41,255 nucleotides of DNA from a virus. A program made the translations under genes and the position numbers. The DNA lies in IMG/VR virus record IMGVR_UViG_3300008255_000048; one strand, 5' to 3'. The notes under the pieces were generated by a model. That model saw only the letters and a program-made list of their open reading frames with translations, made no database searches and was not told the origin of the DNA. This document shows, piece after piece, positions 12,638 to 20,802 of this stretch (the first letter of the stretch is position 1; every line of letters begins with the position of its first letter).

Positions 12638-14479
12638 ATGAGCGGGTTGCGTTATGGGTCTGTCTGCTCTGGCATTGAAGCTGCAACGGTTGCGTGGTAT
12701 CCGCTTGGATGGCGGCCAGCGTTTTTCAGCGAGATTGAAAAGTTTCCATGCGCTGTGCTGGCGCATCATTACCCGTCTGTCCCGAATTATGGCGACATGA
12801 CCAGATTTCAGGAGTGGCCCGATGTCTCAATTGACCTTCTTGTCGGAGGCACCCCCTGCCAATCGTTTTCCGTCGCCGGGCTGCGAAAGGGACTGGCTGA
12901 CCCGCGCGGAAACCTCGCGCTCACCTATCTTGCCATTGCTGCACGCTATCGCCCCCGCTGGCTGGTTTGGGAGAACGTGCCCGGCGTCCTGTCCAGCCGA
13001 TCAGGACGGGACTTTGGTGCCTTCCTCGGGGGTTTGGGCCAACTCGGGTATGGGTTCGCCTGGAGAGTGCTTGACGCACAATTCGTGCGAACATGCGGCC
13101 AGCCCTTCGCTGTCCCGCAGCGCCGGCGTCGTGTGTTCCTTGTCGGACATCTTGGAGACTGGCGGCGTGCCGCGGCGGTTCTTTTTGACCGCGAAAGCCT
13201 GTCGGGGAATCCTCCGCCGCGCCGCGAAGCGGGGGAAGGAATTGCCCCCACAATTAGCGCGCGCCCTACAGGCGGTCACGGCCTCGGAACCGGCTTCGAC
13301 TGCGACGGGGGATTGATCGCCAGCACAGGCAATGTGGCACATTGCCTGAATGCGGGCGGCATGGGACGGCAGGACTATGAATCTGAAACCATGATCGCCC
13401 ACAGCCTGCGCGGCGAGGGATTCGACGCCAGCGAGGATGGCACGGGCAGGGGCTGGCAGGAAGATCACGCCTATACGCTCGAAGCTCGAAACAAAGTGCA
13501 GGCGGTGGCGTCTGACACAACGCAAATCACATCTCCGGGCAATTATTCGAATCCGCAACCCGGCGACGCCTGTCACCCCTTGGTGAGCGGTGCTCATGCG
13601 CCAGCTATTGCCACGCCGTGGGCCGTCCGCCGCCTGACCCCAACCGAATGCGAGCGCCTGCAAGGATTTTCTGCAATTCATCAACGGGTTAGAATTGTTT
13701 CATGGCCAGCCACCAAATGTCTGCCGAATGCAAATGTGGAAAACCGATGCACTATCGAGCCAAACAATGCCTCGAATGCAGACGCCGCCGCGTGGTGGCA
13801 TCATGCGGACATTGCGGAAGCGCTTTCGAGCATGCGCCATCAAGGCCTAGGCGGGCGTGCAGTCCTGCATGTGCGCATAGCCTTAGATCAAGCGGGTCGT
13901 CTCGGTCTCAGTGTCGCAAGGTATGGCTCGAATGCCAGCATTGCGGCGGTGGAAAGCGTGTCTCTCCCGCCTACGCTGATCGACGATATTGCTCAAGCGA
14001 TTGCGCTTATAAGGCCAATTGCGGAAGCGCGAACATCAACTGGAAGGGTGGCATCACGCCCGACCGGCCCAAAGACATCGCAAGTCCCGAATGGAGGTCT
14101 GCTCGCTCATCTATCTGGGCTCGGGATCAGCGGACATGCCAACGGTGTGGAGATGTGCACCGACACGGAGAAAGTGCTTTCCACGTTCATCACATCAAGC
14201 CATGGGCGCAAGATAAGCGCCTCCGATATGCCATGGACAATCTGGTGCTCCTTTGTGCGGGGTGCCATCGCTGGGTGCATTCCCGGCGGAATACCCAACG
14301 ACAGTTTCTTTGTCGTTGATGTCGAAGCGCTGACCGATTTCACCAATATCCCATGGCGCGGGAAACCCGCAGATCAATGCCCGGATGGGCCGCGATACAA
14401 AGCGCTGGGAAACTCGATGGCCGTCAATGTGATGGAGTGGATCGGCGAAAGAATACAAATGGCGGAGGCACTGACATGA
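12638..14479 (+). CDS. dcm: DNA (cytosine-5)-methyltransferase carrying an insertion of about 222 codons between motifs IX and X
   Basis: Motifs appear in order: CSGIEAA (I), GGTPCQSFS (IV), ENVPG (VI), QRRRRVF (VIII), TPTECERLQGF (IX). About 222 unrelated codons (13670-14335) follow, then DFTNIPWRGKPA..GPRYKALGNSMAVNVMEWIG (X). The frame is open throughout. Confidence 0.85.
   Translation: MSGLRYGSVCSGIEAATVAWYPLGWRPAFFSEIEKFPCAVLAHHYPSVPNYGDMTRFQEWPDVSIDLLVGGTPCQSFSVAGLRKGLADPRGNLALTYLAIAARYRPRWLVWENVPGVLSSRSGRDFGAFLGGLGQLGYGFAWRVLDAQFVRTCGQPFAVPQRRRRVFLVGHLGDWRRAAAVLFDRESLSGNPPPRREAGEGIAPTISARPTGGHGLGTGFDCDGGLIASTGNVAHCLNAGGMGRQDYESETMIAHSLRGEGFDASEDGTGRGWQEDHAYTLEARNKVQAVASDTTQITSPGNYSNPQPGDACHPLVSGAHAPAIATPWAVRRLTPTECERLQGFSAIHQRVRIVSWPATKCLPNANVENRCTIEPNNASNADAAAWWHHADIAEALSSMRHQGLGGRAVLHVRIALDQAGRLGLSVARYGSNASIAAVESVSLPPTLIDDIAQAIALIRPIAEARTSTGRVASRPTGPKTSQVPNGGLLAHLSGLGISGHANGVEMCTDTEKVLSTFITSSHGRKISASDMPWTIWCSFVRGAIAGCIPGGIPNDSFFVVDVEALTDFTNIPWRGKPADQCPDGPRYKALGNSMAVNVMEWIGERIQMAEALT
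13702..14319 (+). CDS. HNH homing-type endonuclease, nested in a different frame inside the dcm gene
   Basis: 205 aa with several CxxC zinc-ribbon pairs, RYCSSDC, NWKGG, and an HNH core (WARDQRTCQRCG...FHVHHIKPW...DNLVLLCAGCHRWVH). Its frame is offset by one nt from dcm. A stop at 13690-13692 precedes its ATG. Confidence 0.85.
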   Translation: MASHQMSAECKCGKPMHYRAKQCLECRRRRVVASCGHCGSAFEHAPSRPRRACSPACAHSLRSSGSSRSQCRKVWLECQHCGGGKRVSPAYADRRYCSSDCAYKANCGSANINWKGGITPDRPKDIASPEWRSARSSIWARDQRTCQRCGDVHRHGESAFHVHHIKPWAQDKRLRYAMDNLVLLCAGCHRWVHSRRNTQRQFLCR

Positions 14480-15018
14480 CCACATATCGCGCCCGTGTGA
14501 ATGAGACGGAATCAGACCCGCGTGATCGCATGGGATCAGACAAGTGGGGGGTATTCGTCCCCGACACACCGATTGACCATGCTTATTGCCGGTTCGTGTC
14601 TCGCGGCTCATGCTGGTTAGGGCAGGATGAAGTGGAAGTGCTGCGCAGATACCGTGCTGGCCGGTTATGGTTTCGGGTTTGGAATATCGCTCAAGGGCTG
14701 TCATATGACGCCACGCTTCGGGAGTCCGTTGATGGATCGGGATATGCGCAGGTCGGCGCGAACGCCCGATTGCAGGCCAGCACTGACCGGATGCGGATAT
14801 TCCGCGATGAGCCACGTATGACAAAGCTGCGGTTCGGTGATCTTGACGCGGTGTGCGGTGTAGGCCGAAGCCCCGGCCAGCATGGCAAGGCTTTCGGGAG
14901 GTCGTCCATCACGGTAAAAGAATCCGTCATTGCCGGGCTGGATGTAATCAACGGCTATTCGCCGTGGCAGCGGCGGCTTGAGAGTGAGCCCGTGCTTGCG
15001 ATCCGGATGGTTGGATGA
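14476..15018 (+). CDS. Hypothetical protein (180 aa)
   Basis: ATG 14476 overlaps the dcm stop (ATGA). The track ORF from 14353 is an upstream extension in the same frame. Confidence 0.55.
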   Translation: MTTYRARVNETESDPRDRMGSDKWGVFVPDTPIDHAYCRFVSRGSCWLGQDEVEVLRRYRAGRLWFRVWNIAQGLSYDATLRESVDGSGYAQVGANARLQASTDRMRIFRDEPRMTKLRFGDLDAVCGVGRSPGQHGKAFGRSSITVKESVIAGLDVINGYSPWQRRLESEPVLAIRMVG

Positions 15019-15067
15019 ATGACGCGCGGGCTGCGCTTGCAGAAGCATCCGGAATGAAATAAAATAC

Positions 15068-15096
15068 TTGACGGCTAGAATTTTATGCGGCTTATT
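15068..15096 (+). promoter_or_regulatory. Candidate sigma70-type promoter
   Basis: TTGACG (15068-15073), 17-nt spacer, CTTATT (15091-15096). The predicted start lies just upstream of the SD and ATG 15121. Confidence 0.35.
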
Positions 15097-15120
15097 GTGG
15101 CGGAGATAGAGGTTCAAAAC

Positions 15121-15438
15121 ATGTCATATTCATACATTCATAAAGCCATAAAGGCGATCATCATGGATTACGCGGATGATCTGTATGGCCATGTGGGTGA
15201 TCCTGACCCGGATATGGCTGCGGACCGCATCATGGCGATGTTGCCGCAGGCCGGACCGGGCGATGAAATCCGCAAGATTGAGTCTGGCGAGGGAGGCTTG
15301 GCTTCTATACGGGAGGCGGTTCGGGTTGAGGTCGCCACGTGCAAGGAGGGGTTTATTGATTGCGATGAGGCTAAAGACCGAATTATGGCGATTTTCTTGC
15401 AGCCTGAAACCGCTGAAACGGCTTTCGATGTCCGATGA
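15121..15438 (+). CDS. Hypothetical acidic protein (105 aa)
   Basis: ATG 15121 follows agagg. The alternative ATG 15085 would lie inside the putative promoter. Confidence 0.5.
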   Translation: MSYSYIHKAIKAIIMDYADDLYGHVGDPDPDMAADRIMAMLPQAGPGDEIRKIESGEGGLASIREAVRVEVATCKEGFIDCDEAKDRIMAIFLQPETAETAFDVR

Positions 15439-15840
15439 TGCGCTTGCCGAAATCGCGTTTCTGAATGCTGAGATTGACCGGCTTCGGAAACATCTGGCGC
15501 TGGCATCTGATTGACACAGTTCCTGCATTGTGTTTATGTGGCTCACCCCTTGCTTGATGAACGATCCCCAGGGAGCCTCCTGCCGGATAGTCAAGATTGC
15601 GGGGTGTGTGCCGACAGCTTAATAAGCAAGCGCACTTTTTTATGATCGCACTGCTTATTTTCTTGACATCACCCACACTTTCTGGCAGGTTTCTAACCAC
15701 GCTAGGGCGTTGTGTCGGTGACGCGGCTCTGGCGTTCCCTCTCTCAACTTAGCCCGGTCCTTTGTGGCCGGGCTAAACTGCACACAGCTTGCAACGTCCA
15801 CGACCTCAGCCCGCCAGGCTCTGATACTGGAACGCGATTT

Positions 15841-15996
15841 GTGACGATCAAGGCGAGCGTGGATATGTATGTGGAATATGGCGGTTCGGATGTTGTGGCG
15901 GCAACGACTGGGTTTCTGCTATCTGCCGGAGAATCGTTTTCGTTTGCTGTCGATCTCGGTGCCGGAAACTATGTCGCTGCTAAGGATGTGGCTTAG
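15841..15996 (+). CDS. Possible small protein (about 43-51 aa); start uncertain (GTG 15841 or ATG 15865)
   Basis: The C-terminal part of track ORF 15712..15996 (MYVEYGGSDVVAATTGFLLSAGESFSFAVDLGAGNYVAAKDVA) looks protein-like. The SD is weak. Its stop overlaps the stop of the convergent XRE gene. Confidence 0.3.
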   Translation: MTIKASVDMYVEYGGSDVVAATTGFLLSAGESFSFAVDLGAGNYVAAKDVA

Positions 15997-16178
15997 CGAT
16001 AGGGTGGCAGGTCGTATTGCACGGCGGCGATTGCCAGTGCGAGGGTTAAGGGGATAGGTCGTGTCCCGGCTTCATAGGCGCGCCATGAGTTGACGGAACC
16101 TATGCCGGTAAGGCGGCAAGCCGCAGCTTTTGACAAGCCCCGGCTCACGCGCCATTTGGTAAGGCGATCTGGTGTCAT
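15993..16178 (-). CDS. XRE/Cro-family HTH protein (61 aa)
   Basis: LTKWRVSRGLSKAAACRLTGIGSVNSWRAYEAGTRPIP matches the XRE HTH pattern. Its ATG overlaps the upstream stop (TGATG at 16176-16180). Confidence 0.75.
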   Translation of the reverse strand: MTPDRLTKWRVSRGLSKAAACRLTGIGSVNSWRAYEAGTRPIPLTLALAIAAVQYDLPPYR

Positions 16179-16360
16179 CAGTAGTTGGCCTCGTGTCGAA
16201 TGATTCCTTCGGTGCGCATGTCCGTCATAGTTATGTCGATATAGCGCCCAGCGGCTAGTTCTTCGAAGTATTCGATGGCTTCTTTGAGGTTTTCGAACAC
16301 ATCATCGACGCTGGTGTTGGATTTAGCTGAATTCGCGGATACGTGATAGCGGTATGTCAT
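16178..16360 (-). CDS. Small hypothetical protein (60 aa), first gene of the reverse-oriented bicistron
   Basis: ATG 16360 (MTYRYHVSANSAK...) is preceded by aagagggagac. The track start at 16597 is an unsupported upstream extension. Confidence 0.55.
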   Translation of the reverse strand: MTYRYHVSANSAKSNTSVDDVFENLKEAIEYFEELAAGRYIDITMTDMRTEGIIRHEANY

Positions 16361-16384
16361 TGGTGTCTCCCTCTTTGATGGCCC

Positions 16385-16413
16385 TTTATCGCACATCATT
16401 GCGCGACCGTCAA
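16385..16413 (-). promoter_or_regulatory. Candidate promoter for the reverse-oriented bicistron, with a near-palindrome in the spacer
   Basis: The minus strand reads TTGACG (16413..16408), a 17-nt spacer gtcgcgcaatgatgtgc, then GATAAA (16390..16385). The spacer contains tcgcgca/tgtgcga half-sites. Confidence 0.45.
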
Positions 16414-16456
16414 GGGGTAAATGCGCAAAAATGACAGAAAAGGCAGGAACCCCGCA

Positions 16457-16669
16457 ATGACCCGCGATGAATGGACAGACGAGGCAGCCCGCATGACGCC
16501 ACGCCAGAAAGAGGCAATGGCATATTATGGCCGGGCCTGTTGCCATACGCTCGACCCGTCCGACGAGCTGAATCACGCTCTCGAGGAGGGCCTTCATGCT
16601 GGCGACCGTTCGCCTGCTGCGCTGCTGAACCGCGTTTATTCCGGCGCAATACCAGATCAGTGGGGGTGA
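16457..16669 (+). CDS. Hypothetical protein (70 aa), first gene of the late/packaging operon
   Basis: ATG 16457 ([21 protein letters not shown]...). The gene ends 2 nt before the terS ATG. Confidence 0.45.
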   Translation: MTRDEWTDEAARMTPRQKEAMAYYGRACCHTLDPSDELNHALEEGLHAGDRSPAALLNRVYSGAIPDQWG

Positions 16670-16671
16670 GT

Positions 16672-17157
16672 ATGACAGATGCTAAGGACGAGGAGACCGG
16701 GAGATTCTTGCCGGGAAACAAATTCTGGCTGGCCCGCAGCTCGCACGGGGTTAAGCCGAAGTTTGAAAGTGCGGATGAACTTCGTGACTCCTGCCACCAG
16801 TATTTCCAGTGGGTAGAAGATAACCCGCTATATGAGGCCAAGGCATTCGCATTTCAGGGTGTAGTTAAGGTTGAGAACCTTCCCAAGATGCGCGCTATGA
16901 CTTTGCGGGGTCTTTGTCTGTTCATCGATGTGACTCGTGAGACATGGGGGGAATGGAAGAAGTCTCGGCCCGATTTATCTGACGTCCAGCGCGAAGCCGA
17001 AGAGATTATCTACTCTCAGAAGTTTGCCGGCGCTGCTGCTGACCTACTGAACGCCAGTATCATTGCGAGGGATTTGGGTCTTGCTGAGAAGAGCGAGCAT
17101 GGAGGTCCGGACGGCGGACCTATGGTGGTTGAGATTGTCCGATTCACGAAGGATTAG
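16672..17157 (+). CDS. terS: Terminase small subunit (gp3-like DNA-packaging protein)
   Basis: ATG 16672 ([19 protein letters not shown]...). [13 protein letters not shown]...[24 protein letters not shown] matches the phage gp3-type small terminase pattern. It lies directly upstream of terL. Confidence 0.65.
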   Translation: MTDAKDEETGRFLPGNKFWLARSSHGVKPKFESADELRDSCHQYFQWVEDNPLYEAKAFAFQGVVKVENLPKMRAMTLRGLCLFIDVTRETWGEWKKSRPDLSDVQREAEEIIYSQKFAGAAADLLNASIIARDLGLAEKSEHGGPDGGPMVVEIVRFTKD

Positions 17158-18520
17158 ACTGCCTGCGAACGGTTGGAAGCCACGCGTCTATCAGACTCCG
17201 TGCTGGGAGGCGCTAGAAGCGGGCATAAGGCGGGCATTGCTGGTTTGGCCACGCAGGCATGGCAAGGATGATGTTGCACTTCACTGGACGGCTTGTTCTA
17301 CGCAGCGAGAGTCAGGCACGTATTGGCATATGCTTCCGCAGGCCACGCAGGCTCGCAAGGCGATTTGGGACGCTGTGAATCCGCACACGGGGTTGCGGCG
17401 CATCGATGAGGTCTTTCCGAAGGATTTAAGGTCGAACACGCGCGAGGATATGATGCTGATCCGTTTCAGGAACGGCTCAACATGGCAGGTTCTTGGCTCT
17501 GACAATTACGATAGCTTTGTCGGCTCTCCGCCGCGAGGGATTGTGTTTTCGGAATGGGCGTTGTGCAAACCTCAGGCGTGGTCTTATGCGCGACCTATTT
17601 TGCTGGAGAATAATGGCTGGGCTCTGTTTAACGGGACGCCGCGCGGCATGAACCACCATTATGAGATGTATAATTCGTATATGTCTGATGATGACTGGTT
17701 TGTGGAGAGGCTGACTGCGGCGGAGAGTGGGCTCTTTAGCCAGGAGCAACTTGATAAAGAGCTGGCTGAGTACATCAATGAGAATGGTAAGGAGATTGGT
17801 GAGGCGCTGTTCCGTCAGGAGTATATGACGGACTTTACGGCGATATCGACTGACGATCTGCTGATCACGTCTGAGATGGTTGACGCGGCGAAGGGCAAGC
17901 ATTTACGCGAGCCGGACTATGCGCACTCGCCCCGGATCATCGGGGTTGATGTGGCGCGCTATGGCCGTGACCGCAGTGTGATTCAGAAGCGCCAAGGTCT
18001 TTACGTTCATGAGCCCATTGTTTTGGACAATGTTGACAACATGGCGTTGGCCTCGCGTGTCGCTCACGAAATCTGTGAGTGGAAGGCTGACGCGATTTTC
18101 ATTGATGCTGGCCGTGGTGAGGGTGTGATTGACCGGCTGCGCCAGCTTGGGTTCAGCGTTTCCGAAATCAATTTCGGTGGCAAGCCTATTAATCCGCGCT
18201 ATGCCAACAAGGTTACAGAGATGTGGGCTCTTGTCGGGCAGGAGCTTGATCGCGGCATGGCGCTGCCTGACCACCGTGAACTCGCCGCTGAATTGACTGG
18301 ACGTTCGTACATGTTTGACAGTGCTGGCCGGATGATTCTTGAGAGTAAGGAGAAGATGCGCCGCGAGGCGATGGAGGGCAGGCGCTCTATCCGCTCACCT
18401 GACCATGCCGACGCGCTCGCGCTTACCTTTGCCCAGCCTGTTGCGCCGAAAACCACGGTGGTTGATGAAGCGCCGCACACCGCATCGGCGGTGCATGAGT
18501 ATGATCCGTTTGCTTATTGA
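17099..18520 (+). CDS. terL: Terminase large subunit (start uncertain, between 17099 and 17160)
   Basis: [16 protein letters not shown]...[12 protein letters not shown] (Walker A-like). A C-terminal nuclease-like region ([14 protein letters not shown] ... [10 protein letters not shown]) is present. Size and position are typical. Confidence 0.85.
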   Translation: MEVRTADLWWLRLSDSRRIRLPANGWKPRVYQTPCWEALEAGIRRALLVWPRRHGKDDVALHWTACSTQRESGTYWHMLPQATQARKAIWDAVNPHTGLRRIDEVFPKDLRSNTREDMMLIRFRNGSTWQVLGSDNYDSFVGSPPRGIVFSEWALCKPQAWSYARPILLENNGWALFNGTPRGMNHHYEMYNSYMSDDDWFVERLTAAESGLFSQEQLDKELAEYINENGKEIGEALFRQEYMTDFTAISTDDLLITSEMVDAAKGKHLREPDYAHSPRIIGVDVARYGRDRSVIQKRQGLYVHEPIVLDNVDNMALASRVAHEICEWKADAIFIDAGRGEGVIDRLRQLGFSVSEINFGGKPINPRYANKVTEMWALVGQELDRGMALPDHRELAAELTGRSYMFDSAGRMILESKEKMRREAMEGRRSIRSPDHADALALTFAQPVAPKTTVVDEAPHTASAVHEYDPFAY

Positions 18521-18533
18521 GAAGGAAAAGCCA

Positions 18534-18740
18534 ATGTGTATTGGAAGTAGACCCAAGATTCCGCCACCTCCTGCGCCACCTACGCCTGTCGAGACGCCGA
18601 AGGCTGCGGGTGACGACACGCAACGTGCTGGCAATCGTACGCGGGATAGGCTGCGGGCTATGGCTGGCCGTCAATCGACTATTCTGACGCAATCGGGCGG
18701 ATCAGCCAATACGGCTCAACGCTCGCTTCTCGGCGGCTGA
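18534..18740 (+). CDS. Small proline-rich protein (68 aa)
   Basis: ATG 18534 follows gaaggaaaag. It reads MCIGSRPKIPPPPAPPTPVETPK...GRQSTILTQSGG. Confidence 0.5.
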   Translation: MCIGSRPKIPPPPAPPTPVETPKAAGDDTQRAGNRTRDRLRAMAGRQSTILTQSGGSANTAQRSLLGG

Positions 18741-18741
18741 T

Positions 18742-19140
18742 ATGTGTTTCAACAGCCGGGCGGGGGGAATTCAGCAAGCGCAGAGGGCGGGATCGCGTTC
18801 ACCTGATTCTGGCCGCAATCCTGTCGATCCTGTCAATCCTAACCGTTCGGCCACGCTATTGACTCGGGACACGCGGGAGATTGGCGATCCGTTGAATTAT
18901 GGTTTGTCATTGCTCGGAGGATTTGGTGACGGCGTTGGCCCGGGTGGAATGGCTTTGGGCTCGGGTGCTGTCAATCTTCCGATAGGCCGGAGAGGTCAGC
19001 CCGGATCGCGCGGGGGGACTGGAGGTGGCTCTGGAGGCGGCTCTGGCGGTAGCACTGGCGGTAGCACTGGCGGCGGCGGTGGTGGTTCTGTTGGCGGCGG
19101 CGGCGGTCGCGGTGGTGGTTCGAATCTGGTTTTAAAGTAA
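18742..19140 (+). CDS. Glycine-rich low-complexity protein (132 aa)
   Basis: MCFNSRAGG... ending GTGGGSGGGSGGSTGGSTGGGGGGSVGGGGGRGGGSNLVLK. It contains a 12-bp tandem duplication (ggcggtagcact, two copies). Confidence 0.45.
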   Translation: MCFNSRAGGIQQAQRAGSRSPDSGRNPVDPVNPNRSATLLTRDTREIGDPLNYGLSLLGGFGDGVGPGGMALGSGAVNLPIGRRGQPGSRGGTGGGSGGGSGGSTGGSTGGGGGGSVGGGGGRGGGSNLVLK

Positions 19141-19152
19141 GGTGAAATATTC

Positions 19153-20802
19153 ATGACTGACACCAGGACGCCATATCATCGCCGACATGCGAGGATGAAG
19201 ACCGTACGTTCGGGTTTTGAACCGCAGTGGCGGGAAATTCGTGACTATCTCGCGCCGAAGCGATTTCGTGAGCACAAGAGCGACAATAATGATGGTCGCA
19301 AGGCTCACACCAAGATTGTTGACGAGACAGCGTTGCGCGCCCGGCGTGTGTTTGTTTCCGGCTTTGTTGCGGGCATGACGAGCCCGGCGCGTCCATGGTT
19401 CAAGCTGGTGACTCCGGATGCGGAGTTGATGGAGAGCCATAGCGTCAAGGTGTGGCTTGAAGAGGTAGAGCGCCGGATCAGGCTGGTGTTCCAGCGTTCA
19501 AACTTCTATCAGGCCATTCCTGCGATCTATGATGATCTGGGGACGTTTGGCACTTGCGCGATGAGTGTGCTGGAGAACTTCGATACGGTGGCGTGGTTTT
19601 ATCCGCATGTTGTCGGCGAGTATTATGTTTCTGCGAATGACATGGGGTTGGTGGATACGGTTTATCGGGAAACGGCCAAGACGACTCGCCAGCTTGTCGA
19701 GATGTTCGGGATTGATGCTGTCTCCAATACGGTAAAGAACCTTTACAATAACGACCAGACAGAAGCGCAGATTGAGTGCGTTCAGGCCATAGAGCCGAAT
19801 GATGATCGCATTGATGGGCGGCAGGACTTCCAGAATATGCCGACGCGCTCGGTGTGGTTTGAGAAGGGTGGTCCGGCAGATAGGTTCCTTGGCAAGCGCG
19901 GCTTCACTGAGTTTCCGACAATGGTGGGCCGCTGGTATGCGTCCATGTCTGATGATTACGGGGTTGACTGCCCTGGCATGACGGCGCTGGGCGGTGTGAA
20001 GCAGCTTCAACATGAGCAACAGCGCAAGGCGCAGGCCATTGACAAGATGGTGAATCCGCCGGTTCAAGCTCCGTCCAGCTTGCTGCGCGCGCCACTTAGC
20101 CTGTTGCCGGGTGGCGTCACCTATTATGATGAGGCGAATGCTGGGGCTGGCATCCGTCCGTTGTATGAGATGAATCCGCGCATTAACGAACTGATGCTCG
20201 ACATTCAGGAGGTTCAGCAGCGCATTAACGAGACGTTTTTCGTTGATATGTTCCTGATGATTTCACAACAGGACGATGTGCGCACGGCCACTGAGATTGC
20301 GCTACGAAATGAAGAGAAGTTACTTGTGCTCGGGCCTGCATTGCAGCGCGTCCAGACCGAGATACTGGACCCGTGCATAGATCGTGTCTTCAACATCATG
20401 GCGCGAACCGATCAGTTGCCTGATATCCCTGACGATCTTGAGGGTGTGAATCTTCGTGTCGAGTATATCTCGATGTTGGCGCAGGCGCAGCAGAGCGTCG
20501 GTTCATCCAGTATTGAGCGCTTCCTCGCTGCAACGGGTAACATGGCCGCTGTGAGTCCTGAAGTTCTTGACAAGGTAAATTATGACGAGGTGATTGATGA
20601 ATATGCCAATGTTCTTGGCGTGTCCCGCCGGATACTCCGTGCTGATGATGAGGTGGCTGCACTACGACAGGCGCGTGCTCAACAGCAGGCGGCGATGCAG
20701 GCGGCGCAAATGAGTGAGACACTGGCGAAGTCTGCGAAAACGGCGAGTGAGATCAATATAGGACAGGACAGCGCAATTCAGCGGCTGACGAGCGGCGTAT
20801 GA
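19153..20802 (+). CDS. Portal (podovirus-type head-to-tail connector)
   Basis: 549 aa. The N-terminus RSGFEPQWREIRDYLAPKRFR, the size, and the position after terL fit the podoviral connector family. Confidence 0.85.
   Translation: MTDTRTPYHRRHARMKTVRSGFEPQWREIRDYLAPKRFREHKSDNNDGRKAHTKIVDETALRARRVFVSGFVAGMTSPARPWFKLVTPDAELMESHSVKVWLEEVERRIRLVFQRSNFYQAIPAIYDDLGTFGTCAMSVLENFDTVAWFYPHVVGEYYVSANDMGLVDTVYRETAKTTRQLVEMFGIDAVSNTVKNLYNNDQTEAQIECVQAIEPNDDRIDGRQDFQNMPTRSVWFEKGGPADRFLGKRGFTEFPTMVGRWYASMSDDYGVDCPGMTALGGVKQLQHEQQRKAQAIDKMVNPPVQAPSSLLRAPLSLLPGGVTYYDEANAGAGIRPLYEMNPRINELMLDIQEVQQRINETFFVDMFLMISQQDDVRTATEIALRNEEKLLVLGPALQRVQTEILDPCIDRVFNIMARTDQLPDIPDDLEGVNLRVEYISMLAQAQQSVGSSSIERFLAATGNMAAVSPEVLDKVNYDEVIDEYANVLGVSRRILRADDEVAALRQARAQQQAAMQAAQMSETLAKSAKTASEINIGQDSAIQRLTSGV

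Noticed and set aside
12582-12641. 19-codon micro-ORF (GTG...MGGQG) bridging the hypothetical gene and dcm with overlaps at both ends
   Set aside because: It is too short and featureless to support as a gene. It may only reflect coupling geometry.
13670-14335. Group I intron or intein interpretation of the insert in the dcm gene
   Set aside because: The HNH ORF fills 618 of about 666 nt, leaving no space for a ribozyme core. The HNH is out of frame with the host and preceded by a stop (13690-13692). No Cys/Ser...His-Asn splice-junction residues are present. Splicing is not formally excluded without RNA data, so it is kept as a test in the finding.
14353-15018. Upstream-extended ORF calls: 14353 start here, plus 16471 for terS, 16597 for the 60-aa gene, 29211 for the giant protein, 40544 for the o-spanin and 8146 for the 69-aa ORF
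   Set aside because: In each case the extension overlaps the preceding gene in another frame and lacks an SD. An internal ATG or GTG with an SD or a stop/start overlap gives the expected protein N-terminus, for example the lipobox signal peptide MKWILIALALALPAC.
15427-15514. 28-codon ORF MSDDALAEIAFLNAEIDRLRKHLALASD overlapping the end of the 15121-15438 gene
   Set aside because: It is plausibly a small coiled-coil peptide. It has no SD and sits 10 nt inside the upstream gene, so the evidence is not enough to call it.
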